Shown here: piece after piece, positions 50,641 to 64,000 of the stretch
How positions within the stretch are numbered: the stretch's first letter is position 1
How the letters are laid out: every line of letters begins with the position of its first letter
Assembly (NCBI RefSeq): GCF_006345805.1
Contig: NC_043002.1
Coordinates: 17,112,001-17,176,000 of the forward strand
Length of the DNA stretch: 64,000 bases
Source: Octopus sinensis
Lineage: Eukaryota
Direction: 5' to 3'
Notes under the pieces: model-generated
Seen by the model: only the letters and a program-made list of their open reading frames with translations
Told to the model about the DNA's origin: nothing
Databases searched by the model: none
Translations under genes and position numbers: made by a program

Positions 50641-53600
50641 GCTTACTACACAACCACCAAAATAAAATATATATTCAAATCAGAATTAGATATTCATCGC
50701 AAATTTCAGCGACATAAACTTGGCCATTTGCGCCTGTCTACGCCAAACATAATACGAGATTAATCAGCAATTTTCAAAACACCAAAACTATCATCTTTCA
50801 CTGGATTTCTTCCTACTTAGAAACATACACTGCGTGGGCCCATTCCATTCACACTCAGGGGCCTTGTCATTCTCCCATCTCTCGATGAATATGCGATTAA
50901 GTAAGCCCCTTTGCTTCTTTCTTTGTAATATATACTTGAAGAATTCCATGTAAGCTTGAACAGATAGAAAAATCTCTGTCTTCAAATATTTCGGAGCCAT
51001 CCGGCACCCAACCAATTTTATAACAGGCAACAAGCAGAGAAAATGTTATTTCTCTTCGTTGCCATGGGCAGGTGACACTGCAATATTTATTATAGACTCG
51101 TAAGATAGTATGCAAATGTTCGATAGACGAAAAGGGGTCACTAATGAACGGAAAGTGAAGGACTGTATGCAAGACGGCTTTGGCTCTTGCAAACATCTTG
51201 GACAAGTTTGCTTGCTCTTGCGTGGATACCTGTAGCGCTGATCTCGAACATGTGAATGCCCTTTCTCATGTATAACTACCATACTAATATCCTTTTGAAA
51301 TTGTACTTTCGTCGACCTAAAATTCCTCCAGAAGAAACACATTAAACATTTGTTTACGATTCCTGAATTACTCCAGAGCCATTGCTGCTCATACGCTAAA
51401 GTAAAATTCAATAGAAATTAAGACTGGTTCTTCTTCAGAGACCCGTTTTAAGCGGTACATTATTATGAGCATCTAACAGCATTCTACATGACAAAAGCGT
51501 AACTTCGGTCTATGCTGAAACCAAAATAGTAGCATTTTTCGAGGGTGAAGGCCACATCAGTTCACTCTTGCATTAATCCACGTATATTTGCAGGTGCGTC
51601 CTCTTAAGAACATACCGGAGCATCATCAAGGAGTACTTCCGAGCTCAGTACGGACAGTTTGTTGGCAGCCGATGCATTTCCTGAGCAGTTGTTCCTCTCC
51701 ATTTAATTGCAAACGAAAAAGCATGCATTCCAGTTTGGCAGACTATTCTTGGGACAACATAAGATAGGCAGTTGGTATTACCCCATCGAGGGTATAAATG
51801 CATTAATTACGTCCGCCTAAACTCTCAGATTTAGTTCCATTTCGTTGCATTTGTGAATAAGACTGGCCATCTTTTTGACAATATCTTAACAGTATCTATT
51901 TCTCCTGCGGGCTCGGAACAAATTAGACTCAATGAGAAAAATTGCCTCTGGCTAATTTGGGTTAATCTTGCTTGAAACGCGATGGGAATATGCATTGGGA
52001 AAATAAGGAAACATGATATCTGGAAATATTAAGCCGCGTATTTAATTTCTAACACGATTGAAGTAATCCGATAAATGAAATCCATATATAGGCTTTTTCT
52101 CTCAAGCATATCGCTACCAAAATGGAAAATTAGACAATACAAGATAATAAATGCGTTTGAGGGAAAATAAAACAGGAAAAGGCACTCCTTCAATGAAAGT
52201 TCACATTTGAATATATATTGTTAATCGATCCAAGAACTGAAAAATTGTCGCCAGGGAATGGATATTTTAGTGTGCGAACGGAAAAAAGAGGAGTAATAAC
52301 TCTGTACTTTGAAGCAAGTGAAAACGAGCTACTTCATCGTACTCTAATAAATGTAGGACGTGCATGTGTTGAACTTCAACTGTAGAAGTAATGACAAAAT
52401 ATGTTCTGAGAAAGGAACCATTAGAAAAAGTATTAGTGTTGCTATAGACTTCTATACTCGAGTTCACAGGGTTTTTTCATTTGCATAACCTATTAAACGG
52501 TTAGGCAAATGTTGTGAAAGCTCTGGACGTGCAGTGTGTATCTCTGGAGTTGGATTCTAAAGAGACAAATTCTATGTTTTATGGTGGGTCATACACAAAA
52601 GGAAGTTCTGAACACTCGTTCACTGAGAAAGTTTGGTTTTGCTTCTACTTCAACGAACAGGTTCCGACTAGAACATTAAGAGGTGCGTGATATCAATCAT
52701 ATTGCAACAGGATGTGGAATGGTTAATCTCGGCGGAATTTAGTGTGTTTGTTAAAAACAAAATATGGAATGCGGATACACAATTTCACACAAAAGCTGCA
52801 ATGATAAATATCAGTAAAAGAATATTTTGAACCGAAGATTTTATGAAACTTTTGCCATCCAGACAAATAGAATAATTGTTCACCAAACATTATTACAGGA
52901 TTTTTAACATGGTGGCGATGATGTTGATGTCGATGATGAAGAAAGAACTGTGATGGCGGGGGAGTTGATGATAATACCGGCGACGTCTAATGTGACGTCG
53001 ACGACAGCGACGATAATGATGATGGTGATGGTGATGGTGATGAGGATGATGACGACGGAGAAAACGGTTACGATTACGTGAACGATGAAGATAATAGCGA
53101 TATCGTTGATAGTTGGGTAGATGGTAATGATACTGGTGAAGGGTGTGGTGATTGTAGCGTTGATTGTAATGATATACACCATTGAATATTCACCTAATAG
53201 CACCTTTTCTTTGAGGAGCAACCATTTGTAGGAGATAATTTTGTAACATAGATCTTATCATTTAGCGCTGATATCGAATGAATTTAAATCGAAAATATTA
53301 AAAGGAATATATGCCGACGATTGTTGTAATGATTTGGGACATTTTCATTTCGTCTATTTTAATGGCAATTAGTAGAAAGACAATAAAATATATAATCAAT
53401 ATCTGGTGATTTTCGTATAATTACTTTGCTGTAAAATAATAATTGATTCCGTTATTTCAGAATAATTTCGTTTTCTTTTTTTATCATTACTATTGTGTGA
53501 AAACCTCCAGTGTCATTATAAATGAACTTCTGTTGTTGTTGCTGTTGTTGCTGTTAACCTCTCCCACCTCAGGTCAGAACTATAATCAGACCTATGATCA

Positions 53601-55544
53601 AATATATTTCATGAATACTTTGTCTTTTTTTCAGTATGCAATGAATCGTGAGTTCCATTATCCTCTATAGGCTTTCCATTTTTACGATAATAGATTTTCG
53701 TTTCAGAGGAATTTAGTTTCTATTTCTAGCAAGTCGAATATCCACTTTGACCATTGTATTCTGTCAAACTATCATATAGAAAGCCTAGACAAAATTTGTT
53801 CCTAGGGGACTGAATATATTACTAGTATTTCATTGTTTATAAATATAGGTATAGTTGACATGAACTCAGAACGAGATACGCAGCTAAAATAGGTAAGGCT
53901 TTAAAATATTGCTCCTTCCCATCGCAATACTTGTTCTGTTTTCCTCCTAATATATACTGATTTCATACACTGCCTTAAAGCATAATAAACTTCTATACTC
54001 GTGTCCACAGGGTTTTTCATTTCAATGTTGTCAGCTTGGGAGTTACATTTTATCAACTCCTTTTCATTCATACCAAAATTATTTACATTGTCTACTAGAT
54101 GCATGTCATTTTAATTCTGGAGACCCAGGGTGATCATTATTGATAAAATCTTAATGTAAGATATGTTAACTAGACTGCTTTGATGAATTAAATCAATGAG
54201 GCAATGCACTTTTTAAAAAGGTTTTTCTTTTTCTATACATATAACTCCTATAATTAAACGCAGTGGTTGTGTCGTTTCAATAGCCTCTTAAAGGAAAGTA
54301 ATTGTCTAGGATAATGCTTTACTTAAAACACTGGGAAATTTGTCAGAAATGATTTTAATTTTAGAGAAGATAGGAAAAAGTATTTCTGGGAGTCGTTGAG
54401 AAAGCCATACAACTGTGTTAGAGTTTATACTATAAATGCAGTGTTACAGGTACTAAACATATCGATATGTCGTAAAGGCAGAAGTACAGATGACATAAAT
54501 TTCCAAACGCATGGATAGAACTTGCAATGAAAAATTGAATAAAGATAGTTCAGTAGAGAAATTGTAAGAAACATTGTAAGAAATGGAATATGAGATGGAC
54601 AGAATAGGAATCAAATAACATTATATAACGGCCGAATGGGAATGCTTCAAGCAAGTGCACGAATCTCCTAGATTGATATGAATGTGAATGTATTTCACTT
54701 GTCCTATATGAAAAGAAATGTAATTTGAAATGTTAAATTATATAAGTAAGTACGTTGCGAATATAACCTGCGTTGGATTCGCATTAAATTTTTTTTTTAA
54801 GTGATGAGAGGATTCCATACATTGTGTGAATGCAAGTGGAGTTAGTTAAGTTAAGAATAGGTTGTTTATTTAGAGAAATATTTTAAAAGGAATTTGCTTA
54901 GACTTAAAGTTTCCATATTTGAATTATCATAAGTTTTAGTATGCATTGTTTTCCAAACAGAAAGAATAGAAAAAAAAAGATTTTTTGTATAGCTGAGAAG
55001 TAGAAAGTAGACAGCTTACTTTTACGAAAGTGTGAAATCACAAATTATACAGAGGCTTATAGTAACCTCTGATTACTAAGTGTACACATGTTATGTCTCA
55101 CTGCATCAGAGGAAACACGTTTCATATCATTTTATGTTTTTTTAATAATATCCAATTTTTGATCTTTTAAAATTAGATTTTATAAGGAGATTAATCATTT
55201 TCGGGGTTTGTAGTAGTTAGAGATGTTACTTTACACATTTTCAAAACTACGACGCCAAAATGTTTTACCTTTCTTACCTAAATAACTATATGCTCACACA
55301 CATATATAAACTTACACATACATGCACATATATATATGTTTGTTTGTGTGTGTGTATGTGTGTGTGCGTGCATGCGTGTGTGTCTGTGTAGAAGGTCCAA
55401 AGGTAGTAACACACGAGTTTATATGTACAAGGGAAATAAGAGAAGGCAGAACACCCAAATATATTTTTATCCTGAAATACATTTTGTAAAGGTTAGTACT
55501 GGTTTCAGTCTTTTCGACTTATGAACTAAGAGTAAAACAAGAAA

Positions 55545-56810
55545 ACCAATACTCATAAAGAAACCCAACAGCAAAATAGAAAGAGGTATACACTATAATC
55601 CAATGGACTCCAAGCAATATCTATCGTTCAACTCATGCCACCATAGATACACAGGAATACATATCCCTTTCAACTTAGCAAAAGGGATTTGCACTATAGC
55701 ATGTGATACAAGCACCAGAGACACTGGACTACATTAGCTAGAGGATACACTCATCAGCAGAAATTACGCATCATCACTAATTAATATAGGTTTTCAACGG
55801 CTCCTACAAATCAAATCCATGAATTCAGACATACAGAAGCATTTACAACCAAAAGACCTATCATACATATCCACACATAACCCCCTTAAAAATGAGGCCA
55901 AAACACCATCCTCTAGAATATTTTAGCATTCTAGAATACTAAAAAGGGACCGCAGGATGAATGAAATCCTCCAAACGAACATCATTATAAAGAGCAAAAG
56001 ATAACTGAACTCAATGAATAGTCTTCTAACACCAGCGCCATTACACTCGTCAACAACATCGATACGGTCAGTAAAACAATGCGGAAGACGTAACTGTGGC
56101 GTATGCGTCAGCCTATTTGAGGGATCGGAGTTCTCCTTCAAATTAGGTCAACGCTTTACAGTAGAAAATAACTTCACATGTGCTTTGCAAAACGTAATGT
56201 ATGTGTTAACTTGCTGAAGGTCTCAAGCGCAATACATTGGTCAAACTAAAAATTGTCTACGCCAGAGGATTACCGTCCATAGATCCCAGATTAAAACACA
56301 GGAATACAGAAAAATAGCATTAAGTGAAGAAAGCGAAGTTTGCGTCGTTAATGAACAATCCAACTTTAGAATATTTTTCCTTTATAAACTTAGGAACTAT
56401 GCAACCTATAATCAGCGCATTAGCAAAGAATCATATTTATCGCAAAATAAACCGACACTACTACAAGGTCCTTATAATAAAATACCCACGTAACTATATT
56501 CAGAACATGTAACATAGTTATATTAAGAGCAGTCGCTACCCATGAATTTATTAACAAAACCATTTACCATTTACCTGCTACAACCACAACAGGTAACTTT
56601 TAGTTCACTTGACCACTAAAGTAGATTTCACGGATACTCACTACTGCCGGGTCATTCCACACCTGTCTTTTTCTTTTCCTTATTCTTCTTTTTTCTTCCA
56701 CTTTTCCTCATTCTTCCACTATTTATTGAAATATTTTGCCACAGCGTTAAGCAACATGGAAGTAAACGCATCAACACCGGTTGTAAATTGGTGATGGGGT
56801 ACAATCTCAG
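55545..56810 (+). mobile_element. older Penelope-like 3' fragment (second family): RT end, GIY-YIG, 3' UTR
   Basis: SKQYLSFNSCH..IPFNLAKRICTI; KQCGRRNCGVC; NVMYVLTC*..YIGQT..RQRITVHRSQI; stops and frameshifts. Confidence 0.9.
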
Positions 56811-56829
56811 ACGCACATACACACACATA

Positions 56830-56869
<40 letters not shown>

Positions 56870-56935
56870 GCATACATACATTCATATGTAGATACATAAT
56901 TAAATACATACATAAAAACATACATATATGAATAT

Positions 56936-57010
<75 letters not shown>

Positions 57011-57070
57011 GTGTGTATATATACACACACATATATGTATATATATATATATATATATACATATATATAT

Positions 57071-57479
57071 GGCGGGGGAGTGGCTACCTGGTAAGTAGCT
57101 CCTTACCAATCACATGCTTCAGGGATCAGACACTTGCTCAACGTGCAGTAGCAACTTGGGCAATAATCTTGTAATATAGCTTCATGCCGACCAAATCCTT
57201 GCGAGTGGATTTGCTAGTCGGAAACTGAAAGAAGCACGTCGTATATATATATATATGTAGTGTGTATGTATGTCTGTCTGTCTGTGTGTGTGTGTATGTG
57301 TGTGTGCTGGCTTTTCTGTTTTTGTACGCCACCGTCGCTGACCCGTAACTTAGTGGTTTGCTTGAGAGACCGATGGAATAAATGCTAGGCTTAAAAAGAA
57401 TGTGTCCTGAAGTCGATTTGTTCGACTAAAGGCGGTACTCCAGCATGGTCACATTCAAATGACTGAAACAAATAAAAGC
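57071..57479 (+). mobile_element. SINE type 2 (OR-like), diverged
   Basis: Head and tail recognisable. Confidence 0.85.
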
Positions 57480-57546
57480 ACAAAACCCAAAGCATATATA
57501 CATACACACACACACACACACCACACACATACACACACACAAACAC

Positions 57547-57659
<113 letters not shown>

Positions 57660-58327
57660 CGTAAATATGCATACATACATACATTGAAATGTAGGTACAC
57701 ACATATATACATACAAATATGGTCACACTTTAGTGAATATTCGAATATGTAGCAATCTATACTATAAAATTTAAGCTGTTAAATGCATACACTTATATTG
57801 GTAATGGCAAAAAAATAGCAGACTATAAACATATAGTTTTAACTAACCGTCTGAACGCAAAACTATATAGAAACAAAGACGAAAATTATACGACAAAATT
57901 CAGATTGGTATGGCGTAGTAACCGTGAGAAATGTATGCATTGAGATTAAAGTAATTTTACAACATTAAAATTATGTGTGTGCCTGTGTGTCTCTGTGTGT
58001 ATGTTGAGTGTGCGTTCATGTTTATTGCAAATATATTGGTACATAGATATCCATAAACATCTCAGCTATGGACATATCACAATTAAAATAATGTACATTA
58101 AAATTCTTGGCAAAAGTCTAAAAAGCTCCGTTTATGTATATGTGAATTGTATAGGGCTAACGTTTTCTGAGAGAGAGAGGCGTGCAACAAATCAGATATT
58201 AACACTCACATATATGTAATTTTGTACATTCTTTTTTTACACAGCTATATACACTCATATGAAGTATGTACATACATATAAATCTATGAATTTATATGCT
58301 AGTTTATAAATTAAGAGTTTATTAAAT

Positions 58328-58420
58328 GGGCACAGGAGTGGCTGTGAGGTAAGTAGCTTACTTACCAACCACATGGTTCTGGGGCCGACCAAAGTCTCGT
58401 GAGTGGATTTGGTAGACGGA
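58328..58420 (+). mobile_element. SINE type 2 head, internally deleted, no tail
   Basis: caggagtggctgtgaggtaagtagctt..ggtagacggaaactgaaagaagccc. Confidence 0.8.
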
Positions 58421-59614
58421 AACTGAAAGAAGCCCTTCGTATATATGTATGAATGAAGAAAATGATCAAGGATATTTAACTGAAACTTTAAGAAAGGTAA
58501 TTATTCGGTTATACAGTTATACATATATAAGAAACAACTTTCTGTCTAATTTTTATCCGCTCTTGATTTTTTAAGTTATCAATAGAATTACATATTTTCA
58601 ATAATCAACTATGTAAGGGTTTGGGGTCAAGAACTCATATCATTTCACTTCCTTGCCATAACATACAATTCATATACGAGTAGCAGAAATGGATCAGTTC
58701 AAAGTAGAGATAGCAATTTTTTTCTTTATATGAGATTCCAGTTTAATGTACATTTGGGGCAAAAAGATCACTTTTGTCCATCATCAAAACCATATCCAGT
58801 ACGTGCTGGTAAGTAGGTTTGAAATAAACTACTTTAGTGTTAATGTGGTTATCCCAGCGTAGCTAGAACGTCAGGTTGAACCCAGTAAAATGATTATAGA
58901 AACATATAATTACGAGTCATATGAGGATGAAATTGAAATTTAAAAGTGTAAGAGAAATTCTGCGAAATGGTAGAGACACCAAAACGCGGAGAATTTATTA
59001 ATAGCAAGTTGTGATCTACCTAAGCAAGTTGTGGACTACTATTTGTCTCGGAAGAAGCAAATTCTAGTCAATGAGTGCCAGAATTTAGAAATTGATGATA
59101 GATTTTATCAGAATGAAAGACCTACAATATATCAATATAAAAACTGTAAAATATCAGAAAATAATAGAATTCAATATTAATGCTGTATTATACAAAATAT
59201 ATATAACATCATAACTTATCTCAGTATATAATAAAAATTACAATAGAGACAATTAAAATGTTCGTTGCTGAAGATATGAGAAAAACCAAGTTGTTATTGC
59301 ACACAAGCGCAAACAAAAATGTAAAGAGATTGCTGCCGTGATGTAGCACTAACACCATTGACAGTAAATGCAATAACCCTTAATTATGAAAGACAACAAA
59401 TTAGAGGTGGTATATTATATGGGAAAAAGGTGCAAGAATATATACTCTAGTATATTTGTATGTTTTTAAATATTGCAAAAAAATATTTTTTGTCTAACAA
59501 ATAAATATTTTATTTCATTTTTACTATCAGTGGATATTTGGTTAAGTTGTTCCTACATAACTTACTCGGTCTCTTGCGATCATTTTATTAGTATATATTT
59601 AAGTAAAAGCGTCG

Positions 59615-59770
59615 ATATAGCAGAAGTGCTAGCACAGCACGTCTGAGTTCTGAGTTTAAATTTCACCGAACACGATTCTGCCTTTCAATACTTTCGGAAT
59701 AAAGAAAATAATTGCTGGTTGAGCACTGGAGTCGATATAATCGAATTACTCCCTCCCTAGAAATTGTATT
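59615..59770 (+). mobile_element. SINE type 1, highly diverged
   Basis: gcagaagtgctagcac..gagttctgagtttaaatttcaccga..gcactggagtcgatataatcga. Confidence 0.6.
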
Positions 59771-60941
59771 GTGTATATATTGTGTATGCATTAGAAACCT
59801 TACTAAACTACAGTAATCCACTTGTGGAATTATCTTCAAAGCTATTCAAACAGAGAAACCAATCGGAAGCAGGCAAATCTGGAATTACTGGCGGTAGATT
59901 TCTGCTTCTTATCATCTGCAGCAGCACATATGCATGTTACCGTATATCAAGCAAAATACGTATGTATGCATATATGTACATACGTATATGTATATAGGAA
60001 TATATATGAACAGTATGCTACTGAAAATGTGTTTCTATTTTCCAATAATAAAAGATCCGTTATATACTAAATTGAAATCCTAACTAAGCTTTGAATCAGG
60101 GAATAAAGAAATATTTTGTTTTACACATCTGTATAATAAAAACACAGGAATAAACAGATGGAATTACATATAGGAGCAAAATCATAAATTTGAGACCATA
60201 GTTTCATGTGTTACTGCGCACATAAATAAATGCATAGATTCCTAAATGCCTGCTTACATATCTGAAAACACGGAGACAGCAAATCCTACATACGTACCTA
60301 CATGCGCATATATGTTGTAAGGCTGTCTCAAAAAAATTTAGTATATGGCTCCCAGAGAACTTTCATAGATCCTTGGATATTTTCTTTATTTGTACGATTT
60401 ATAATTTCGCTCCTATTATATGATATTATAGAAACAGATACACAGCGATGTTCAATTTTGACAGTATAATATACTACGATAAGGAAATGTATTTTCCTCT
60501 ATACACACATTAAACCCACTACTTCGATTGCAAAAAATGGAGAAGGAAAGCAAAATCCACCCACCAACTGCAACATCATAGTAGTTATTTACAACTCCTT
60601 AATCGTTTCCGCGATAAATCATACATTAGACTAAATGGAAGCAGTTTAGAATAAAATATTTAGCTTATACAATAATTTTTTCACATAAAGTTACACCTAG
60701 ACGTTTTAATATAATAGGATATTTCCGTCATCATAAATTCTAATCACATTCTGATTGAATATGTGGAAAAGCATATGCATTTGTACGTACGCACAGATTG
60801 GGATGCATATTCCGGGGTGCATATGTGTGTCCATAGCAAGAGGGAGAGCGAGAGGAAGATAAATTTAGGTAAATTCAGACATTATATAGATTTAAAAATT
60901 ATAACATATCTCTTCGCGTGCGCTCATGAATCAACTTTTTT

Positions 60942-60992
<51 letters not shown>

Positions 60993-61168
60993 GAGAGAAA
61001 CAGAAAGACAGAGAGAGAAGAGAAAGATGGGTAGATAGATATTGATATAGATAGATGAATACTATATTTATGTATGTGTATATATATGTATATATATACT
61101 TATATATATATATATATATATACATATATATACATATACATATATATACATATATGTATGTATGTATG

Positions 61169-61202
<34 letters not shown>

Positions 61203-61620
61203 TGTATGTATGTATGTATGTGTGTGTATGTATGCTTGTATGCATGTATGTATCGCAAGTGTGTCAGTGCGAAAATATGTAATACTTAGTAATGTGAATA
61301 TGCTTCGGTGGTAGAGTGAATATGAGTTAAACTGTGTAAACATGTAAAGCTATGTGCATTTCGTGACGAGATTCATTTCCTCACCAGTTTTTCGATATCA
61401 AATCAAATTTTAAAACTTATAAATATAATTTTTGGTTGATTTCCCATAGGAAAGTTGGGTTTGATCAGCCATATGAGAAATATTATTTCCCACTATATTT
61501 CAATTTCATTCTCTTACTGCATTTTTCGTACATTTTCTTTCTTTTGTCACTTCCTGCATCTCCCCCCTCTCTCTTCTCTTCCCTCTTATTTATGTATATT
61601 TATGTATATGAATATATATA

Positions 61621-61670
<50 letters not shown>

Positions 61671-61739
61671 TTATATGTATTATATATATACATGTATATA
61701 GCCAGACATCTCTATATATGTCTAAATATGTATATACCC

Positions 61740-61773
<34 letters not shown>

Positions 61774-61819
61774 TCAGACAGACAGACAGACAAACAGAGA
61801 GAGTAGAGTCCACAGTGAT

Positions 61820-62120
61820 CCGTAGGTGAGAGAGGTGCAACCGGAATGTAAAATGTCCAAAAGAGAATCCGTAAAGGGTAGATAGGTAGAAAGTCTAGTG
61901 GAGAAGTTCGTGTGAGATAAGAAATAACAGGATCAACTGGTGCGACCACGTGAGCGTGTGATATATGGGGAGAGTTCACGAAAAAACAAAAGACGAAGAC
62001 AAGTGGTGTACAAAACAAACAGATATATTAGTATAATTCTCAGGAATTGAAAAAGTCTTTTACGTTTCGAGCCTATGCTCTTCTACAGAAAGGGACACAG
62101 AAAATAAACAAGGAGAGAAA
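61820..62120 (-). mobile_element. probable PLE terminal-repeat fragment carrying a hammerhead motif
   Basis: Adjacent to compound microsatellite; contains the motif at 62057-62092; extent approximate. Confidence 0.5.
62057..62092 (-). ncRNA. minimal type I hammerhead motif, variant core CUGUAGA(A)
   Basis: CUUU-CUGUAGA-A-GAGC(AUAG)GCUC-GAAA-CG-UA^AAAG; all three stems close; palindromic ACGU stem III; A6 replaced by U. Confidence 0.6.
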
Positions 62121-62372
62121 CAGCGATCTGATCTCTGTGGGGATTGTAAAGGGAGCCAATAGGAGAGGGAGACCTTCGACTCAAACGTACCTATTTTCAG
62201 AACATTTTACTGTCAGTATTGGTAGCTATACTTTTTCTAAACTCAAGCGCTGCCTTTTTTGTCACTTGCTTGAGATGGGTGGATAATCTATTGAGTCTTC
62301 TTTTATTCTCATCTGTTTTATGCTGTCTATATTTCTCCTCAGCTTTTAGGCGATGTGTTGTGGCAAGTCGAA

Positions 62373-62800
62373 CTACTGTAGTCTCTCAAATTGCCCTTTT
62401 GTTTCTATTTTTAGAGTGTTCGTGTGGTAGTGATGCTTCCCATACAGCCCAGATTGCACGGGTGATATCTTGCAAAATAGTATTGACGGACCCGGAATAG
62501 TAAACTGAGAATCAGTTGGGCGATGCAACTCATCACGGTAACAGTTCCAGTCTTGCTTGTTCCAGAAGCACCACCACCTCCAAAGAGACAGATTGGCGAT
62601 GATCAGAGAATGACCGGAGTCGCCTACGGTTTCTTTGGCCGTAACACTGATAACAGTTTCAGGAGTGGTGGTAAAGAGCAAGTCCAAAATATTGTTACCT
62701 CTTGTGGGAGGTGTGATTACTTGGGAAGAGTTTGCATCAAGCACTACATCAAGGAAATCGTCTGCATTTTGCAGCCAACGAAAAGTTAACCTATCCATTT
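62373..62800 (-). pseudogene. APE-type endonuclease fragment of a CR1/L2-group LINE
   Basis: QVITPPTRGNNILDLLFTT..GDSGHSLI matches the APE C-terminal PTR.NN.LDL..T..SDH pattern. Confidence 0.8.
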
Positions 62801-64000
62801 CAGGGTAGGTAAAGTCACCATATATATATGTGTCTGTGCGTATCTGTCTGTGAGTGTATGTGTGTGTAGTAAAATATATTGGTAGTTAATGACGGCATTG
62901 CTTTTATGTTTTGTTAATTTTAATGAAACACATCCCGCTTTTCTTCATTGTTAACTGATCAATATCTTCAATCATGTGAAAGGAACGACTGAACTATCGA
63001 TGAGCCGAATATTATTTTGTATTAGAAGAGATATTTAACTGAAATTGTTTTTGATTTTATTAACTGGCCTAAACCTTATATGATAGATAATAAGCTACGT
63101 GGTTTGTTAATTAAGAACTATATACTTTCGATCGATTTGCATGCTATTGACAGGTTGAACTAATGAGAATTATTCCAGCATCGCTGTTGTGTTTCAGAAA
63201 CTAATTTTGGTTCAAAATAGTATGTTTGAGAAAGGTAATAATCTTATATATTGAGCCTATATTGCACATATTGCTTAATATTTCATATTGAATAAGGAAA
63301 AAGTTCTTTTTAAGGAAATTTACGTAATTTCGGATTGGATTCTCTGTTAAAGTAAATTACTGTTCTCCCTGTGAATATTATGCCATGGCTACGGGATATA
63401 CATACCTTGGATGTGCGATATCTTACTTTTTTGATTCATTGAGTTAATTATATCTGATCTTCCTTCGGTAATCGGAATACATGCACACGTAATGAAACAT
63501 GAAGCGATCAATTTACACGCATGCTACGACTAGTTTCGCCCTGTAGTTTTGTTTTCTCTTTTTTTTTAATGAGTTAAAACATCATGTTTATGTTAGATGT
63601 TGTAAAACGCATACAACATTCGAAATAGAAATGTTGGGAAAAATGTTCTTACTATTTTTATGTTCATGTTTATAATTACATATATCTAAGCTAGTTTAAG
63701 CGTTATTGGACGTTTGGGTAATAGTTATTATATATACTTCACTACATATTATACGTGTGTAATATTCCTTAGCGTAGCCGTCCGAGTCTAAAACTAAACG
63801 TATGTATTTCTATTTACTTGTCAGCTTAAAGTATTTAATAATAGTCAGAGAAATAAGAAAAAATATTCACCATTGATGTAACACAGCTCTTTATCTCAAA
63901 ACAGAGTACAGTTTAAAAATAATTAAGAAAATATAAAAGAAATTATGTATTCAAATGATATTTAATATCTCTTATATTCAATTATTACATTTTACTATTT

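Noticed and set aside
50791-51411. Overlapping 80-121-aa minus-strand ORFs
   Set aside because: No recognisable domain or splice support; compatible with chance or very old TE debris.
52904-53221. 105-aa hydrophobic minus ORF / Asp-rich plus frames
   Set aside because: Degenerate (GAT/GAC/GGT)n trinucleotide sequence with frame changes; no family features.
56785-56815. ggtgatggggtacaatctcagacgc at the end of the second PLE family as a decayed HHR
   Set aside because: Both core segments are mutated; not supportable.

Overview
Repeat-dominated, very AT-rich eukaryotic DNA, most likely an octopus or other coleoid cephalopod (inferred from the tRNA-derived SINE types and the heavy (TA)n/(AAT)n load; not verified by search). 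I cannot support any intact host gene, and most ORF-track entries are microsatellite or antisense-TE artefacts. Recognisable coding remnants all come from mobile elements: a Penelope-like element (PLE; RT plus GIY-YIG) forming a 5.4-kb inverted structure, two more PLE fragments, a young 5'-truncated R4/Dong-type LINE in a (TAA)n tract, decayed CR1-, RTE- and L1/Tx1-type LINEs, an internally deleted mariner, and about 20 SINE copies of three types. The main unexplained signal is a set of minimal type I hammerhead ribozyme (HHR) motifs: nine foldable copies in five sequence families, several with non-canonical cores (U3:A8 covariant, A6U, C9). They sit in PLE termini, small fold-back elements and a 497-nt retrozyme-like 1.5-mer nested in the (TA)n tract of a SINE. 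Folding was done by eye, no ribozyme activity is demonstrated, and coordinates of decayed elements are approximate.
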